Of a stretch of DNA of 64,000 nt, positions 20,871 through 31,786 are shown in pieces. The stretch is from an uncultured Bdellovibrionales bacterium (GTDB lineage: Bacteria; Patescibacteriota; Minisyncoccia; Moranbacterales; UBA1568): contig CAYLJX010000003.1 of the NCBI GenBank assembly GCA_964384235.1, forward strand, positions 72,389 through 136,388, in the 5' to 3' direction. A program made the translations under genes and the position numbers. Under the pieces are notes generated by a model. It worked only from the letters and a program-made list of their open reading frames with translations. It searched no databases and had not been told where the DNA came from. Each line of letters begins with the position of its first letter. The first letter of the stretch is position 1.

Positions 20871-21425
20871 ATGAAACTCATCATCGGTCTCGGCAATCCC
20901 GGCAAAGAATACGAAACCACCCGACACAACGCGGGGTTCTTGGCATTGGATTTTCTAGGAAAGGAATGGGGTTTCAACGATTTCCGCGAGGAAAAGAACT
21001 TTCAAAGCGAGATAGCGACTGGAACACGAGACGGGGAGAAGATCCTCCTCGTGAAGCCTCTCGTCTTCATGAACCATTCCGGCGAGGCCGTACAGAAGAT
21101 CCTCGCCTACTACAAGCTCACCCCCGCCGACATCGCCATCCTCCACGACGATCTCGACATCGCGCCGGGCGAGATCCGTCTCACTGATTCGTCGCGCGCT
21201 GCCGGACACAACGGCGTCCAGGACATCATCGACCGCCTCGGCACACAGGACTTCTTCCGCATCCGCATCGGCATCGGCCGGCCGACAGAGACACTCGGCG
21301 CCTGCATACCATCACATGATTACGTCCTCCAGAAATTCTCTTCGGAAGAACTGAACAACCTTGAGAAACTCTTTCCAAGAATACAAGACGAGATTCTTCG
21401 ATGGCTTGGAAAGTCAGATACGTAG
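20871..21425 (+). CDS. pth: Peptidyl-tRNA hydrolase
   Basis: MKLIIGLGNPGKEYETTRHNAGF...HNGVQDI. Confidence 0.9.
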   Translation: MKLIIGLGNPGKEYETTRHNAGFLALDFLGKEWGFNDFREEKNFQSEIATGTRDGEKILLVKPLVFMNHSGEAVQKILAYYKLTPADIAILHDDLDIAPGEIRLTDSSRAAGHNGVQDIIDRLGTQDFFRIRIGIGRPTETLGACIPSHDYVLQKFSSEELNNLEKLFPRIQDEILRWLGKSDT

Positions 21426-21490
21426 ATTGCTAAAAGAATTTTTTTCGCACAAAAAAACTCCCGTAACAGGGAGTTTTTGTTTCAAGTCTT

Positions 21491-21596
21491 GGATTTCCGC
21501 CCTGTAGCCGACGAAGCGCTGAAAAATCAGTACTTCATACATTTCAGCCAAAAAAGGCTAGGAGGGATGCCTTTCTTCGCCCTGGGACGGAAATCC
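21491..21596. ncRNA. Candidate small structured RNA between the pth and rplY terminators (orientation unknown)
   Basis: A ~13-bp terminal helix (ggatttccgccctg / ctgggacggaaatcc) encloses two internal hairpins (gctgaaa/tttcagc and aaaggc/gccttt); terminators flank both sides and there is no ORF. Confidence 0.3.
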
Positions 21597-21702
21597 AAAA
21601 CCTGAATTTCAAAGAAGTTCCAGTATAGCAAAAAATCTGATTCTTGTCAAGAGACAAAAGAAAACCCCGACTTTCATCGGGGTCTGGAATCTTTGAGAAA
21701 TA

Positions 21703-22368
21703 CTATTTCTTCTCTTCCGCAGGGGCTTCGGCGGGGGTTTCCTTGACAACACCTTCCACCTTGGTCACGTCGGCTTCCACCTTCTCAGAGAGGGCCTCGA
21801 GTTCGGCCTGGGTGCGGGGCGCTTCGACGAGCGCGACCACCGTGTCGGCCTCGGCGAGGATTTCCACCTTGTCGGACACCTTCAGGTCCTTCACCTTAAG
21901 CTGGTCATCGAACGTCTTGAGCAAGGAGAGATCGATCTCGATCGAGTGCGGGAGATCGGCCGGGAGACACTTCACGACGACTTCCTCGAGCGGATGCACC
22001 AGGACACCGCCCAGTTCGCGGACCGCCGGCGCCTCGCCGACGAATTCGAGCGGCACGTGCGCTTCGAGCTTCTCATTCATGCGCACCTGGAAAAAATCAA
22101 TGTGCGAGAAACGGTTGGAGAGCGGGTCAAGCTGCACCTCATGTACCAGGACATTGGCTTTCTTACCGCCTTCGAGCTGGAGCTCGATGATGCTCGATTC
22201 TCCGGCCTTGGCATACGTTTTGGAGAACTCGAGGTAGTTCACCCAGAGAATCTCCGGCGTGATGCCGTGTCCGTACATGACCGCCGGGATGAGCCCGTTC
22301 TTGCGGGACGTTTCCAGGTCCTTCTTGGCCTTCTCGCGCTTCTTTACTGCCAGTGTGAATTCCGCCAT
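21703..22368 (-). CDS. rplY: 50S ribosomal protein L25 / general stress protein Ctc
   Basis: MAEFTLAVKKREKAKKDLETSRKNGLIPAVMYGHG... with an acidic C-terminal tail; start taken at the MAEFTL Met (22368), discarding the N-terminal junk of the longer ORF. Confidence 0.85.
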   Translation of the reverse strand: MAEFTLAVKKREKAKKDLETSRKNGLIPAVMYGHGITPEILWVNYLEFSKTYAKAGESSIIELQLEGGKKANVLVHEVQLDPLSNRFSHIDFFQVRMNEKLEAHVPLEFVGEAPAVRELGGVLVHPLEEVVVKCLPADLPHSIEIDLSLLKTFDDQLKVKDLKVSDKVEILAEADTVVALVEAPRTQAELEALSEKVEADVTKVEGVVKETPAEAPAEEKK

Positions 22369-22382
22369 AACTTTCAGTTCAA

Positions 22383-22703
22383 TTATATTAATGCTTCCAC
22401 GCCGCCCTGATAATTCTTGAGAAACTGGTGCACTTCGAGCACCTGGTCCGACGAGATCGCCTCGCCCTGGAACGCTCCCCTCGCCTCGCTGCTCTCCAGA
22501 TCGGTGAGTACCCCGACGCTCATGGCACCGAGCTGCCCGAGCGAAACCGAGACCAGGGTCGACACGCGGCACCCCTCGCACGTCAGGTGGAGCGTGGTGC
22601 GCTTGTCGTCCTCGTCCAGGACGAGCATCTTGACCGGCCGGTACTTCTTGTTGCAGACCGGACAGCGGATGAGAGGCTGGATGTTTTCCAACGGCATTTT
22701 CAT
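22383..22703 (-). CDS. Hypothetical small protein with a CxxC...CxxC zinc-ribbon-like motif
   Basis: CPVCNKKY ... CEGC pairing; 106 aa. Confidence 0.45.
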   Translation of the reverse strand: MKMPLENIQPLIRCPVCNKKYRPVKMLVLDEDDKRTTLHLTCEGCRVSTLVSVSLGQLGAMSVGVLTDLESSEARGAFQGEAISSDQVLEVHQFLKNYQGGVEALI

Positions 22704-23014
22704 GTACGTAGTCTATCAAAAATGCCCCAAGGGGGAAACTTTTGAGTACAAGCAGTGTATCAGAAAGCCTTTTTCCGGTCAAGAAAGGACAAAAAGAACG
22801 GGTGCCTCCGAGTTCCGGAAAGCACCCTCCTGCAGTTTTGTCCCCGACGCAGTCACGGGCAGCATCCTCCTTCGGTCTATCTCACGACAGTCCTTGACTT
22901 CCGAGGTGACGGAAAGACTGTAGCAAAGAGAAGCGGAAAGTGTCAATACGAAAAAGAGCTGACACGCGTCAGCTCTTTATACGTAATACAAAATACGTGA
23001 TACCGGATACGGCG

Positions 23015-25128
<2,114 letters not shown>

Positions 25129-25151
25129 GGTAAAAACGAGATGCAATCTCG

Positions 25152-25553
25152 TTACTCGGTATCGCTTTGCAAAAGATGTCTGAAAGAAAATTCGATGAGG
25201 AGTACTGCCGCCAGAAGAAGGAGACTGTCCCACCAGGTGAGGATGCGTCCATACTGGAACGCTGCGACAAGCACCAGATACAACGCGATGAGAAAGGCCT
25301 GCCGAAACGCCCCACCCAAGTGATGGGCCGCGCTGTGCTCGCCGAGACCCTTGCGATACATCCAGGTCATCATGAGTGTGAGAAACCCGATGAGCGTCGC
25401 GAACAGACTGACGAAAAAGAGTCCTACGCCCACGGTACTCGCCTGTTCCGGATCAAGCGCGAAGACTATCCCGAGCCAAGCCGAAAGAGCCAAGAGCGTA
25501 AACAACCGGATTCCCCACAAATACCCCGCGAGAGACATAGTCGAAAAATTCAA
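25152..25553 (-). CDS. Hypothetical membrane protein (4 TM)
   Basis: Hydrophobic 133-aa ORF. Confidence 0.5.
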   Translation of the reverse strand: MNFSTMSLAGYLWGIRLFTLLALSAWLGIVFALDPEQASTVGVGLFFVSLFATLIGFLTLMMTWMYRKGLGEHSAAHHLGGAFRQAFLIALYLVLVAAFQYGRILTWWDSLLLLAAVLLIEFSFRHLLQSDTE

Positions 25554-25672
25554 AAAAGACTCTTCTTTTTCTCAAGCCTCCATACCCTATTTTAGCCTTT
25601 TTTCAGAAAAAGAGCAACCTAAAAAAGTAGCCAATTTATGCTTTGAATGAGAGAAAAATCGTAAGGACAGAT

Positions 25673-25795
25673 CTCCTTTTTCGGAGTCTTGAAGATCCGA
25701 AAGCGGGCATGGTTCCGCCGAAGAGGCGGAGAGCGAAGGAGCTTCAGGAGTGAGGTTGCACGCCGGGCAACCGAGCGACTCCGAAAAGGGAGGCT
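25673..25795. ncRNA. Structured RNA element E, copy 1 (~120 nt)
   Basis: Terminal helix ccuuuuucggaguc / gacuccgaaaaggg plus internal stems CCGCC/GGCGG, GAAG/CUUC and GGUUGC/GCAACC; copy 2 at 49926-50047 carries compensatory stem changes. Confidence 0.5.
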
Positions 25796-25904
25796 GGCCG
25801 GCGATATGAACTACCCGTCCGTATCCGAGAACCGTACGGCGAGGAAAGAGAAACAAAGAGCGGAAAGGAAAAGAAAAACCGGCATTCAAAGCCGGTTTTT
25901 CTCA

Positions 25905-26462
25905 TTAGGCTCGAGAGACGTACGTGCCTTTTTCGGTGTTGATGATGAGGCTGTCTCCGGTCTTGATGAAGAGAGGCGTCGTCACCTGGAGACCAGTTTC
26001 GAGCGTCACCACCTTGTCCCCGCCCGAGGCCGTGTCGCCCTTGATGCCGGGAGGCGCATCGGTCACCTTGAGCGTCACCTTGACTGGGATCTCGACGTTG
26101 ATCGGCTGGCCATCGAAGTTGAGCACGGTCACTTCCGTCCCCTCGACGAGGTAGTCAGCGATATGGCCGAGCACGTTCTTGGAAAGCGAGAACTGGTCGT
26201 AGTCTTCCTGATCCATGAACTGATAGTCATCGCCCTCATGGTAGAGGTACTGGGCTTGGGATTTGACGATCTCCGTCTCCTCGACCTTGTCGGCCCCTTG
26301 GAACGTGTGGTCGATGATACCGCCCGTGAGGAGGTTCTTGAGCTTGGTCCGAAGCACCGCGCCGGCCCGCCCCATCTTGGAATGCTGGTAGTCCATGACG
26401 AGGTACGGCTCGCCGTTAAAAAGGATGCGCTTGCCGGTTTTTATTTCAGTGAGAGTCAACAT
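25905..26462 (-). CDS. efp: Elongation factor P
   Basis: MLTLTEIKTGKRILFNGEPYLVMDYQHSKMGRAGAVLRTKLKNL. Confidence 0.95.
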   Translation of the reverse strand: MLTLTEIKTGKRILFNGEPYLVMDYQHSKMGRAGAVLRTKLKNLLTGGIIDHTFQGADKVEETEIVKSQAQYLYHEGDDYQFMDQEDYDQFSLSKNVLGHIADYLVEGTEVTVLNFDGQPINVEIPVKVTLKVTDAPPGIKGDTASGGDKVVTLETGLQVTTPLFIKTGDSLIINTEKGTYVSRA

Positions 26463-26465
26463 ACT

Positions 26466-26660
26466 TTAGCGGACAAGATAAGGAATCAATGCCATGTAAC
26501 GGGCGCGCTTGATGGCGTTCGCGAGGTGGCGCTGCTCCGTAGCGGAGAGACCGTAACGCTTCGGCGGATAGATTTTTCCCTGTGAGTTGAGGAACTTGCG
26601 CAGAAAATACGCGTCCTTGTAGTCGACTTTCTGCAGTTTTTTGGTCATCGCTGCTTCCAT
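26466..26660 (-). CDS. rpsR: 30S ribosomal protein S18
   Basis: [49 protein letters not shown]. Confidence 0.9.
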   Translation of the reverse strand: MEAAMTKKLQKVDYKDAYFLRKFLNSQGKIYPPKRYGLSATEQRHLANAIKRARYMALIPYLVR

Positions 26661-26730
26661 AGGTTATATGAATGAGGAATTAGGAATAATGAGTTACGTG
26701 GCTATGACTTTTGTCTTTTGGATGAGATGC

Positions 26731-26815
26731 GAGGAAACGCCGAGCACCGAACCGAGGCGTATAGGGAAATACGGCGAGGGAGGCGCGGAGGCGATTGACA
26801 AAGCAGCTCGCCAAA
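26731..26815. repeat. Structured repeat element D, copy 1 (ssb-rpsR spacer)
   Basis: GACGCCGAGCACCGAACCGAG..hairpin..GAGGGAGG..GCGCC AAAAA; about 75% identical to copy 2 with compensatory hairpin changes (CGUAU/AUACG versus ACGUAC/GUACGU). Confidence 0.55.
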
Positions 26816-26830
26816 AACGAAAGTCAGAGC

Positions 26831-27328
26831 TTAAAAAGGGACATCTTCGATCTTAATTTCCTCCTTTTCATCATCGAGATTGATGGTCGGGATCTCTTCT
26901 TCGACCGGGGCGCTCTTCTGTGCCGCGGCTCCTGCGCCTGCTCCGGCTGCTGCCGGCGCGGCGCTCCGAGCTCCCTGGTACCCGCCCTGACCCGAGCCTT
27001 GGGCGCGATTGCCGAGCTGCATGTTCTCGCCGACGATTTCCGTCACGGAACGTTCGGTGCCGTCCTTGGCCGTGTACTTTCTCGTCTGGAGACGTCCTTC
27101 GACGAAGCATTCCTGACCCTTGGTGAGGTACTGCCCGGCGATTTCCGCGAGCCGTCCCCAGAGCACGACGTTGTGGAACTCGGTGCGTTCCTGGCGCGTG
27201 CCACCCTTGTCCGTCCAGAAGCTGTTGGTTGCCATGGAGAACGACGCGACCGACTGCCCGCCCGGCGTGGTACGGATCTCCGGATCCCTCGTGAGCCGCC
27301 CGACGATGATCGCTTTGTTGACGTTCAT
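26831..27328 (-). CDS. ssb: Single-stranded DNA-binding protein
   Basis: MNVNKAIIVGRLTRDPEIRTTPGGQSVASFSMATN..OB fold, Gly-rich linker, acidic DDEKEEIKIEDVPF tail. Confidence 0.9.
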   Translation of the reverse strand: MNVNKAIIVGRLTRDPEIRTTPGGQSVASFSMATNSFWTDKGGTRQERTEFHNVVLWGRLAEIAGQYLTKGQECFVEGRLQTRKYTAKDGTERSVTEIVGENMQLGNRAQGSGQGGYQGARSAAPAAAGAGAGAAAQKSAPVEEEIPTINLDDEKEEIKIEDVPF

Positions 27329-27382
27329 AACACTTGGTGAGATAAAGGTTGATTAAGAAAAATTTCATTTTTTGGATGCTAT

Positions 27383-27472
27383 CCGAGGAGACGCCGAGCA
27401 CCGAACCGAGACGTACACATCGGTACGTTGAGGGAGGAGCGCAGGCAGTCGACAAAGGAGAGCGCCAAAAAA
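27383..27472. repeat. Structured repeat element D, copy 2 (rpsF-ssb spacer)
   Basis: See copy 1; on the + strand it contains TCGACA-N17-ATAAAT. Confidence 0.55.
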
Positions 27473-27479
27473 TAAATTT

Positions 27480-27977
27480 TTAAATGTCCAACTTCTCCTT
27501 GAGCTGCTGATCGATCTGTTCCTGGGAAACCGGCTTAACCTCTTCCTTGGGAGCGACCGGGGCCTGCGGCATCGGACGCACCGCACCGCGGCGCTCGTAG
27601 CGGCCGCTCCGAACCTCCGTGCGCGGACGTTCCACACGCTCGATCGGTTTGAGCTCAGGCAGGTCGTCGGCCCGCACCACGATGAAACGCAGCACGTCGG
27701 CATTGAGCTGAAGGGCGCGGTTGATCGTGGTAAGCGGATGGATTTCCGTCTCAACTTCCTTCTCATCGGCGTCCGGCAGCGTAAACCGGCGGGCGATATA
27801 GGTCCCGCGCACCTCTTTCTTCACCGGGTAGGCGAGCTTGCGCTTCTCCTCGGTCTGCGGCGGGAGAAATGTTCCGCCGTTCGACACCACGGTCTGCTCC
27901 ACGCCTTCGCGGATACCCGGAAGCGAAGCTTCCTTGGACTCTCCCACGAGATAAAACAATTCGTATTCTACAGCCAT
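27480..27977 (-). CDS. rpsF: 30S ribosomal protein S6
   Basis: MAVEYELFYLVGESKEASLPGIREGVEQ...; start taken at the MAVEY Met (27977). Confidence 0.9.
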   Translation of the reverse strand: MAVEYELFYLVGESKEASLPGIREGVEQTVVSNGGTFLPPQTEEKRKLAYPVKKEVRGTYIARRFTLPDADEKEVETEIHPLTTINRALQLNADVLRFIVVRADDLPELKPIERVERPRTEVRSGRYERRGAVRPMPQAPVAPKEEVKPVSQEQIDQQLKEKLDI

Positions 27978-28182
27978 ATGACAGCTTCTAGCTTTCAGCT
28001 TCGTCAGCTTCTTAGCTTTATTAAAAAGTAAAAACCTGCCAACGAAGAAAATCTGCATCCGGCAGGATGATGCCGCTTCTATCCCTTCGATACACTCAGG
28101 GCGGAAGCCGCGTCGGACTTTCTCGGTTGTTTGCAGAGTCTATCACAGACTCTCCTTATTGGCAAGGGCCCTTTCTTGCGAC

Positions 28183-29400
28183 CTATTGCACACCGAGTCC
28201 CATCGGTGCGGCAGGCGGAGTGGTATCCCCGCCTCCACCGCTTGATGCAATAGTGATGGCGGTGCCGTTCGTGTTGCAGCTGTTGTTGTCGTCGCAGACG
28301 TACAGGTAGGCCGTGGATCCGTCGGAGAACGTTCCGGCATTCACGGTCGCGGTGATGCTCCCCGTACTCCAGACGGTCGGCTTCTGGTATTCACGCACCG
28401 TCGAGGCGGCATACGTGCTCGCGTTCCCCAACACGACACGGTTGAGACCATAGCTCAGGTAGACGTCGGCGAAGTAGCGGCGGTTGTTCGTACTGCGGGT
28501 ACGCGCATAGCCGCCGGCCGAGTCGACGACCAAACCGCCCTGTACTCCGCCGGCCAACACCGCCGTGATACCGACATAGGAATGATCGTACTGCTCCTGA
28601 TTGCGTGCCAGACTGCCGTCATTGACAAGGTCGAACCAGCCCGTCACATCGGAGTCGTCCCAGCGTGCCATGAACTCCTGCTTGATCCAGGCCTGCGTCG
28701 GGTACAGCTCGCAGCCAGACTCCCAGCAATAGATGAAGGGACCGTTGCCGTTGTTGTCCGGCCAGTCCATCGCCCGCGCACCGCAGCCGTATGGCGGTCC
28801 CGGAGTGATCTCGTCCGCATAACCATGCTGTCCCACGCCGGTGGTCGCCGAATCCCAAACCGTGCTCCCATAGCTCGTATAGAACGTGCAGCCTGAGAAG
28901 GGGGACGGTCCTGCCGTAAAAAGGTAGGTCTTAAAGTTGTTGTCGTCCCCGAACACCCAGTTCGGATGCACCCGATAGTAGAACGACATGAGCGTATAGA
29001 ATGGGTACCCGCTCGGGGTGGGTCTGTTCTTATCGATATTCACCCCGTTCGACGGGTTATCGGTATTGAGATGGACCCCGGTCAGATACTTGGTAATCCG
29101 GGGATGCGGCATCGCCACGCCGCCCACCCCTGTCGAATACGCCATATCATACGGGGCGCCGAGAGCCGTCGGACCGTACGAAGTCCACGGGGAGGACGCC
29201 AGACTCGAATACTGACCCTGATCGAACGCCACGGGAATGGCATTGGCACCGACCCCAAACCCCGAACCGCTTACCGTCACTGATCCGCCGTGCGACCAGG
29301 TACCACTCGTATTGCTAATACTCGGCGCAGCAGAAACTATGGACGGAAAAAGAACTACGGCAATGGTCAGGATGAACAGAAATGGGAGCGAATGTTTCAT
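28183..29400 (-). CDS. Secreted jelly-roll (ConA/LamG-like?) protein, paralog 1
   Basis: Signal peptide MKHSLPFLFILTIAVVLFPSIVSA; ends ...SSGGGGDTTPPAAPMGLGVQ*; related to the downstream paralog. Confidence 0.65.
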   Translation of the reverse strand: MKHSLPFLFILTIAVVLFPSIVSAAPSISNTSGTWSHGGSVTVSGSGFGVGANAIPVAFDQGQYSSLASSPWTSYGPTALGAPYDMAYSTGVGGVAMPHPRITKYLTGVHLNTDNPSNGVNIDKNRPTPSGYPFYTLMSFYYRVHPNWVFGDDNNFKTYLFTAGPSPFSGCTFYTSYGSTVWDSATTGVGQHGYADEITPGPPYGCGARAMDWPDNNGNGPFIYCWESGCELYPTQAWIKQEFMARWDDSDVTGWFDLVNDGSLARNQEQYDHSYVGITAVLAGGVQGGLVVDSAGGYARTRSTNNRRYFADVYLSYGLNRVVLGNASTYAASTVREYQKPTVWSTGSITATVNAGTFSDGSTAYLYVCDDNNSCNTNGTAITIASSGGGGDTTPPAAPMGLGVQ

Positions 29401-29404
29401 ACCG

Positions 29405-30271
29405 TCATTGTACACTAAGCCCCGTCGGCGCGGCAGGCGGAATAGTATCAGACCCGCCCTGCGTCATCGTACCGGCTGACAGAGAACCGGCACCACCTGT
29501 TCCGGTATCCGTATAGATCTCAAAGTCGTCCCAATACAGGTAGTTGACTGCATCGTGAGCACAGCAGCCTTCCGATGCACTCCAGTTCGATCCCATTAAA
29601 AACGTCGTCCAACTGGGCGTATATGAGTAAAAACCGGACTGCGTCAGGGTATAACCAGTAACCTCTTTCTGAAGAACGTCGTCTTCCCAGAGGCGGATAA
29701 TCCCATTGGAGGCATGTTCATATATGTAGACTTCTATTTTATGCCAAGCACGGTCTCCGGCGTGAGAAATATCTCCCCAATAAGTTCCCAGCCATACTTC
29801 ACTGCTCGTGTTATATCCGGAAAACGCCCCTGTAATAGCCCCGTCTATGGGGTTGTTGTCGACCTGCAGATCAAGAAAAGTGGCTGAGTTTCCGAATCTG
29901 GCAATCTTCGGTCCTGTGCCTCCGTTCAGGCTTGCGTCGCGACGAATCCAAAAGCGGTACATGACCTCATTCGTATAAGACGCCATATCATTGAGTACCA
30001 TTGCGGTCTGGGTTCCAACTCCTGCCGAATTACCATCGCTTTCCCAGTTGCAGCGCGCCATATAGCTTCCGGAACGAGTCCCGGCCAATCCATCCGCGGC
30101 CGTCGTGACTGCGGAGCACTTCTCGTTTGGCGCATCCTGCGACCAGAGATTCGTGTTCCCCGATTCCCAGCCGTCATAGAACACCCGGCCGGCAGCGGAA
30201 GCGTCACTCGCGACAAGAAAACCGATGACAAGCGACAGGAGAAATTGCACTGAGAACAAGGATCGAGTCAT
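29405..30271 (-). CDS. Secreted jelly-roll (ConA/LamG-like?) protein, paralog 2
   Basis: Signal peptide ..LLSLVIGFLVASDASA; ends ...GGSDTIPPAAPTGLSVQ*. Confidence 0.65.
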   Translation of the reverse strand: MTRSLFSVQFLLSLVIGFLVASDASAAGRVFYDGWESGNTNLWSQDAPNEKCSAVTTAADGLAGTRSGSYMARCNWESDGNSAGVGTQTAMVLNDMASYTNEVMYRFWIRRDASLNGGTGPKIARFGNSATFLDLQVDNNPIDGAITGAFSGYNTSSEVWLGTYWGDISHAGDRAWHKIEVYIYEHASNGIIRLWEDDVLQKEVTGYTLTQSGFYSYTPSWTTFLMGSNWSASEGCCAHDAVNYLYWDDFEIYTDTGTGGAGSLSAGTMTQGGSDTIPPAAPTGLSVQ

Positions 30272-30344
30272 ATTAAAACTTCATTCTCCCTACAATTATA
30301 TACAGGACGTACGTCTTTGAGCACAGTTTGAGGCGCAAGCAAGG

Positions 30345-30414
30345 AGCGGAGTAAGCCGTACTGATGCAAGTACGGCGTCAAGCACCGGAGCTTGTAACAA
30401 AGAAATGTGCCAAA
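30345..30414. repeat. Intergenic repeat family C, copy 2
   Basis: gagtaagccgtactgatgcaagtacggcgtcaagcaccggag...acaaagaaatgtgcca. Confidence 0.65.
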
Positions 30415-30424
30415 GATGTAGTCC

Positions 30425-31735
30425 CTACAGGAGTTCCTTGTAGTGATCCGCCCAGTAAAGGATGCCGTTGATATAGGGCGCGTAGCTCGTGCCGAGGTAA
30501 GCGGCGGCGGCTTTCTTCCAAGCGCTCCGGTTCCCCTGGTCGACGCCGGGGACCTTGTCGAGCTTGAGGGCCATCGCCATCACGCCGTCGGTCAGGTTCC
30601 ACGGGCTCGGCGGACGATGTCCCGTAGCCGAAGCGACGGCGGACTTGTAGGCGTTCCAGGTGTCCGGCATAAACTGCGCGACGCCCATCGCTCCCCCGGT
30701 CCCGGTATAGCCGCGCGGATTGCATGACACCTTCTGTTTCTTGTAATCGATACCGAGCTCCTTGGTGATCCCCTTGAAAAGGTCGCGGCGCCACTGAAAA
30801 GTCTGCCAGGACCGCTTGGAGAGTTTTCCGGACTTGTAGTTTTTCTCCGCACCAGCCTCCACTTCTGCGTAGGTGCAACCACCCACATTAGCCCCGAGGT
30901 TGGTCTCCATCTTGAGCACGCCGAAGAGGAACCCTTTCGGTACGCCGGTTGCCTTGCTCGCGAACTCCACCGCCTCCTTGATATCCTTGGCGTTGTAGGA
31001 CTTGCCCAAGAGCTTGGCCAAATCGCCCTGCAATTCGTTGAGCTCGCGGTTCAGGCGGTTGATATCCGCCTGCTGCTCGTTGATATCGGACTGGGTTTCC
31101 GTTTTCTCCGAAGTCAGGATCGCCTTCTGTTTGTTCTTGAGAGCGATGAGTTCCTCATGGTCTTTCTTCACGTCTTCGAGAGAGACCTTCTCATCGGCCA
31201 CCCGGGCCTTCACGCTGGCAATCCCGCGCACCACCTCCTGCATCTTCTCCTGGGTCGAAAAGAGACTGTCGTTGTCCTGGAGAAAATCACCATCTTCCGA
31301 GAACATCACCTTGGCAAAGGGGACGTCCGTCGCGAAGTACATTTCCTGAAGAAGTTTTTTCAGGACCTCGCGTTCCAGCTTAAGCTGAAGTTCCAGGGTG
31401 GCGATTTCTTGTTCCTTCTGATCGATGGTCTGCTCGGTCGAAGTGAGGAGCACGAGCGTCTTCTGGATCACCTGCTGCGTCGAGGAGAGCGAAGAATTGA
31501 TCTGGCTCAGGTCCTGTTCCAGAGCTGTCTTCTTCTTGGTCGCGTCCTTGATCTTCTTCTCAAGCTTCTCGATGTCGTCCTGGATCTCATCCGCATCCTC
31601 TTCCGCAGACGCCAAACCGGCCCCGATCGGAGAAAGGACAAGCGGCGCAGCAATCACAAGACTCCCGAACAGGGTGAGCGCAAAGAAAAATCGTTTTTGT
31701 TTTGAGACAAAACCCATAGGGTTCCAGTATATCAC
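30425..31735 (-). CDS. Secreted coiled-coil protein with a C-terminal lytic transglycosylase (MltB/SLT_2-like) domain
   Basis: Signal/TM anchor, a long EnvC-like coiled coil, then ..GAMGVAQFMPDTW.., the MltB-family signature. Confidence 0.75.
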   Translation of the reverse strand: MIYWNPMGFVSKQKRFFFALTLFGSLVIAAPLVLSPIGAGLASAEEDADEIQDDIEKLEKKIKDATKKKTALEQDLSQINSSLSSTQQVIQKTLVLLTSTEQTIDQKEQEIATLELQLKLEREVLKKLLQEMYFATDVPFAKVMFSEDGDFLQDNDSLFSTQEKMQEVVRGIASVKARVADEKVSLEDVKKDHEELIALKNKQKAILTSEKTETQSDINEQQADINRLNRELNELQGDLAKLLGKSYNAKDIKEAVEFASKATGVPKGFLFGVLKMETNLGANVGGCTYAEVEAGAEKNYKSGKLSKRSWQTFQWRRDLFKGITKELGIDYKKQKVSCNPRGYTGTGGAMGVAQFMPDTWNAYKSAVASATGHRPPSPWNLTDGVMAMALKLDKVPGVDQGNRSAWKKAAAAYLGTSYAPYINGILYWADHYKELL

Positions 31736-31786
31736 AGGCCTTTTTTCAAGCCTTTTTCAGGATTTTTCCCTGGTCTTTCTCTGGTA

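Noticed and set aside
22704-22950. GGAAAG-containing ~250-nt spacer upstream of the zinc-ribbon gene, considered as RNase P RNA
   Set aside because: It lacks AGGAAAGUCCGGGCUCC and ACAGAAnCCGGCUUA or any recognisable P4 pairing. It more likely holds a promoter or leader plus the gyrB terminator at 22955-22985.
25587-25889. 100-aa minus-strand ORF, and its look-alike 49861-50133
   Set aside because: Both are translations of the two copies of structured element E and share the peptide stretch only because the DNA is repeated. They have no SD and lie between convergent or terminator-flanked genes.
31742-31764. GGCCTTTTTTCAAGCCTTTTT, similar to the ndk terminator (7163-7188), immediately upstream of the transglycosylase start
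   Set aside because: The shared motif is noted, but as a terminator it sits between divergently oriented genes. It is most simply a read-through stop for the recA transcript, so it is not called as a separate feature.
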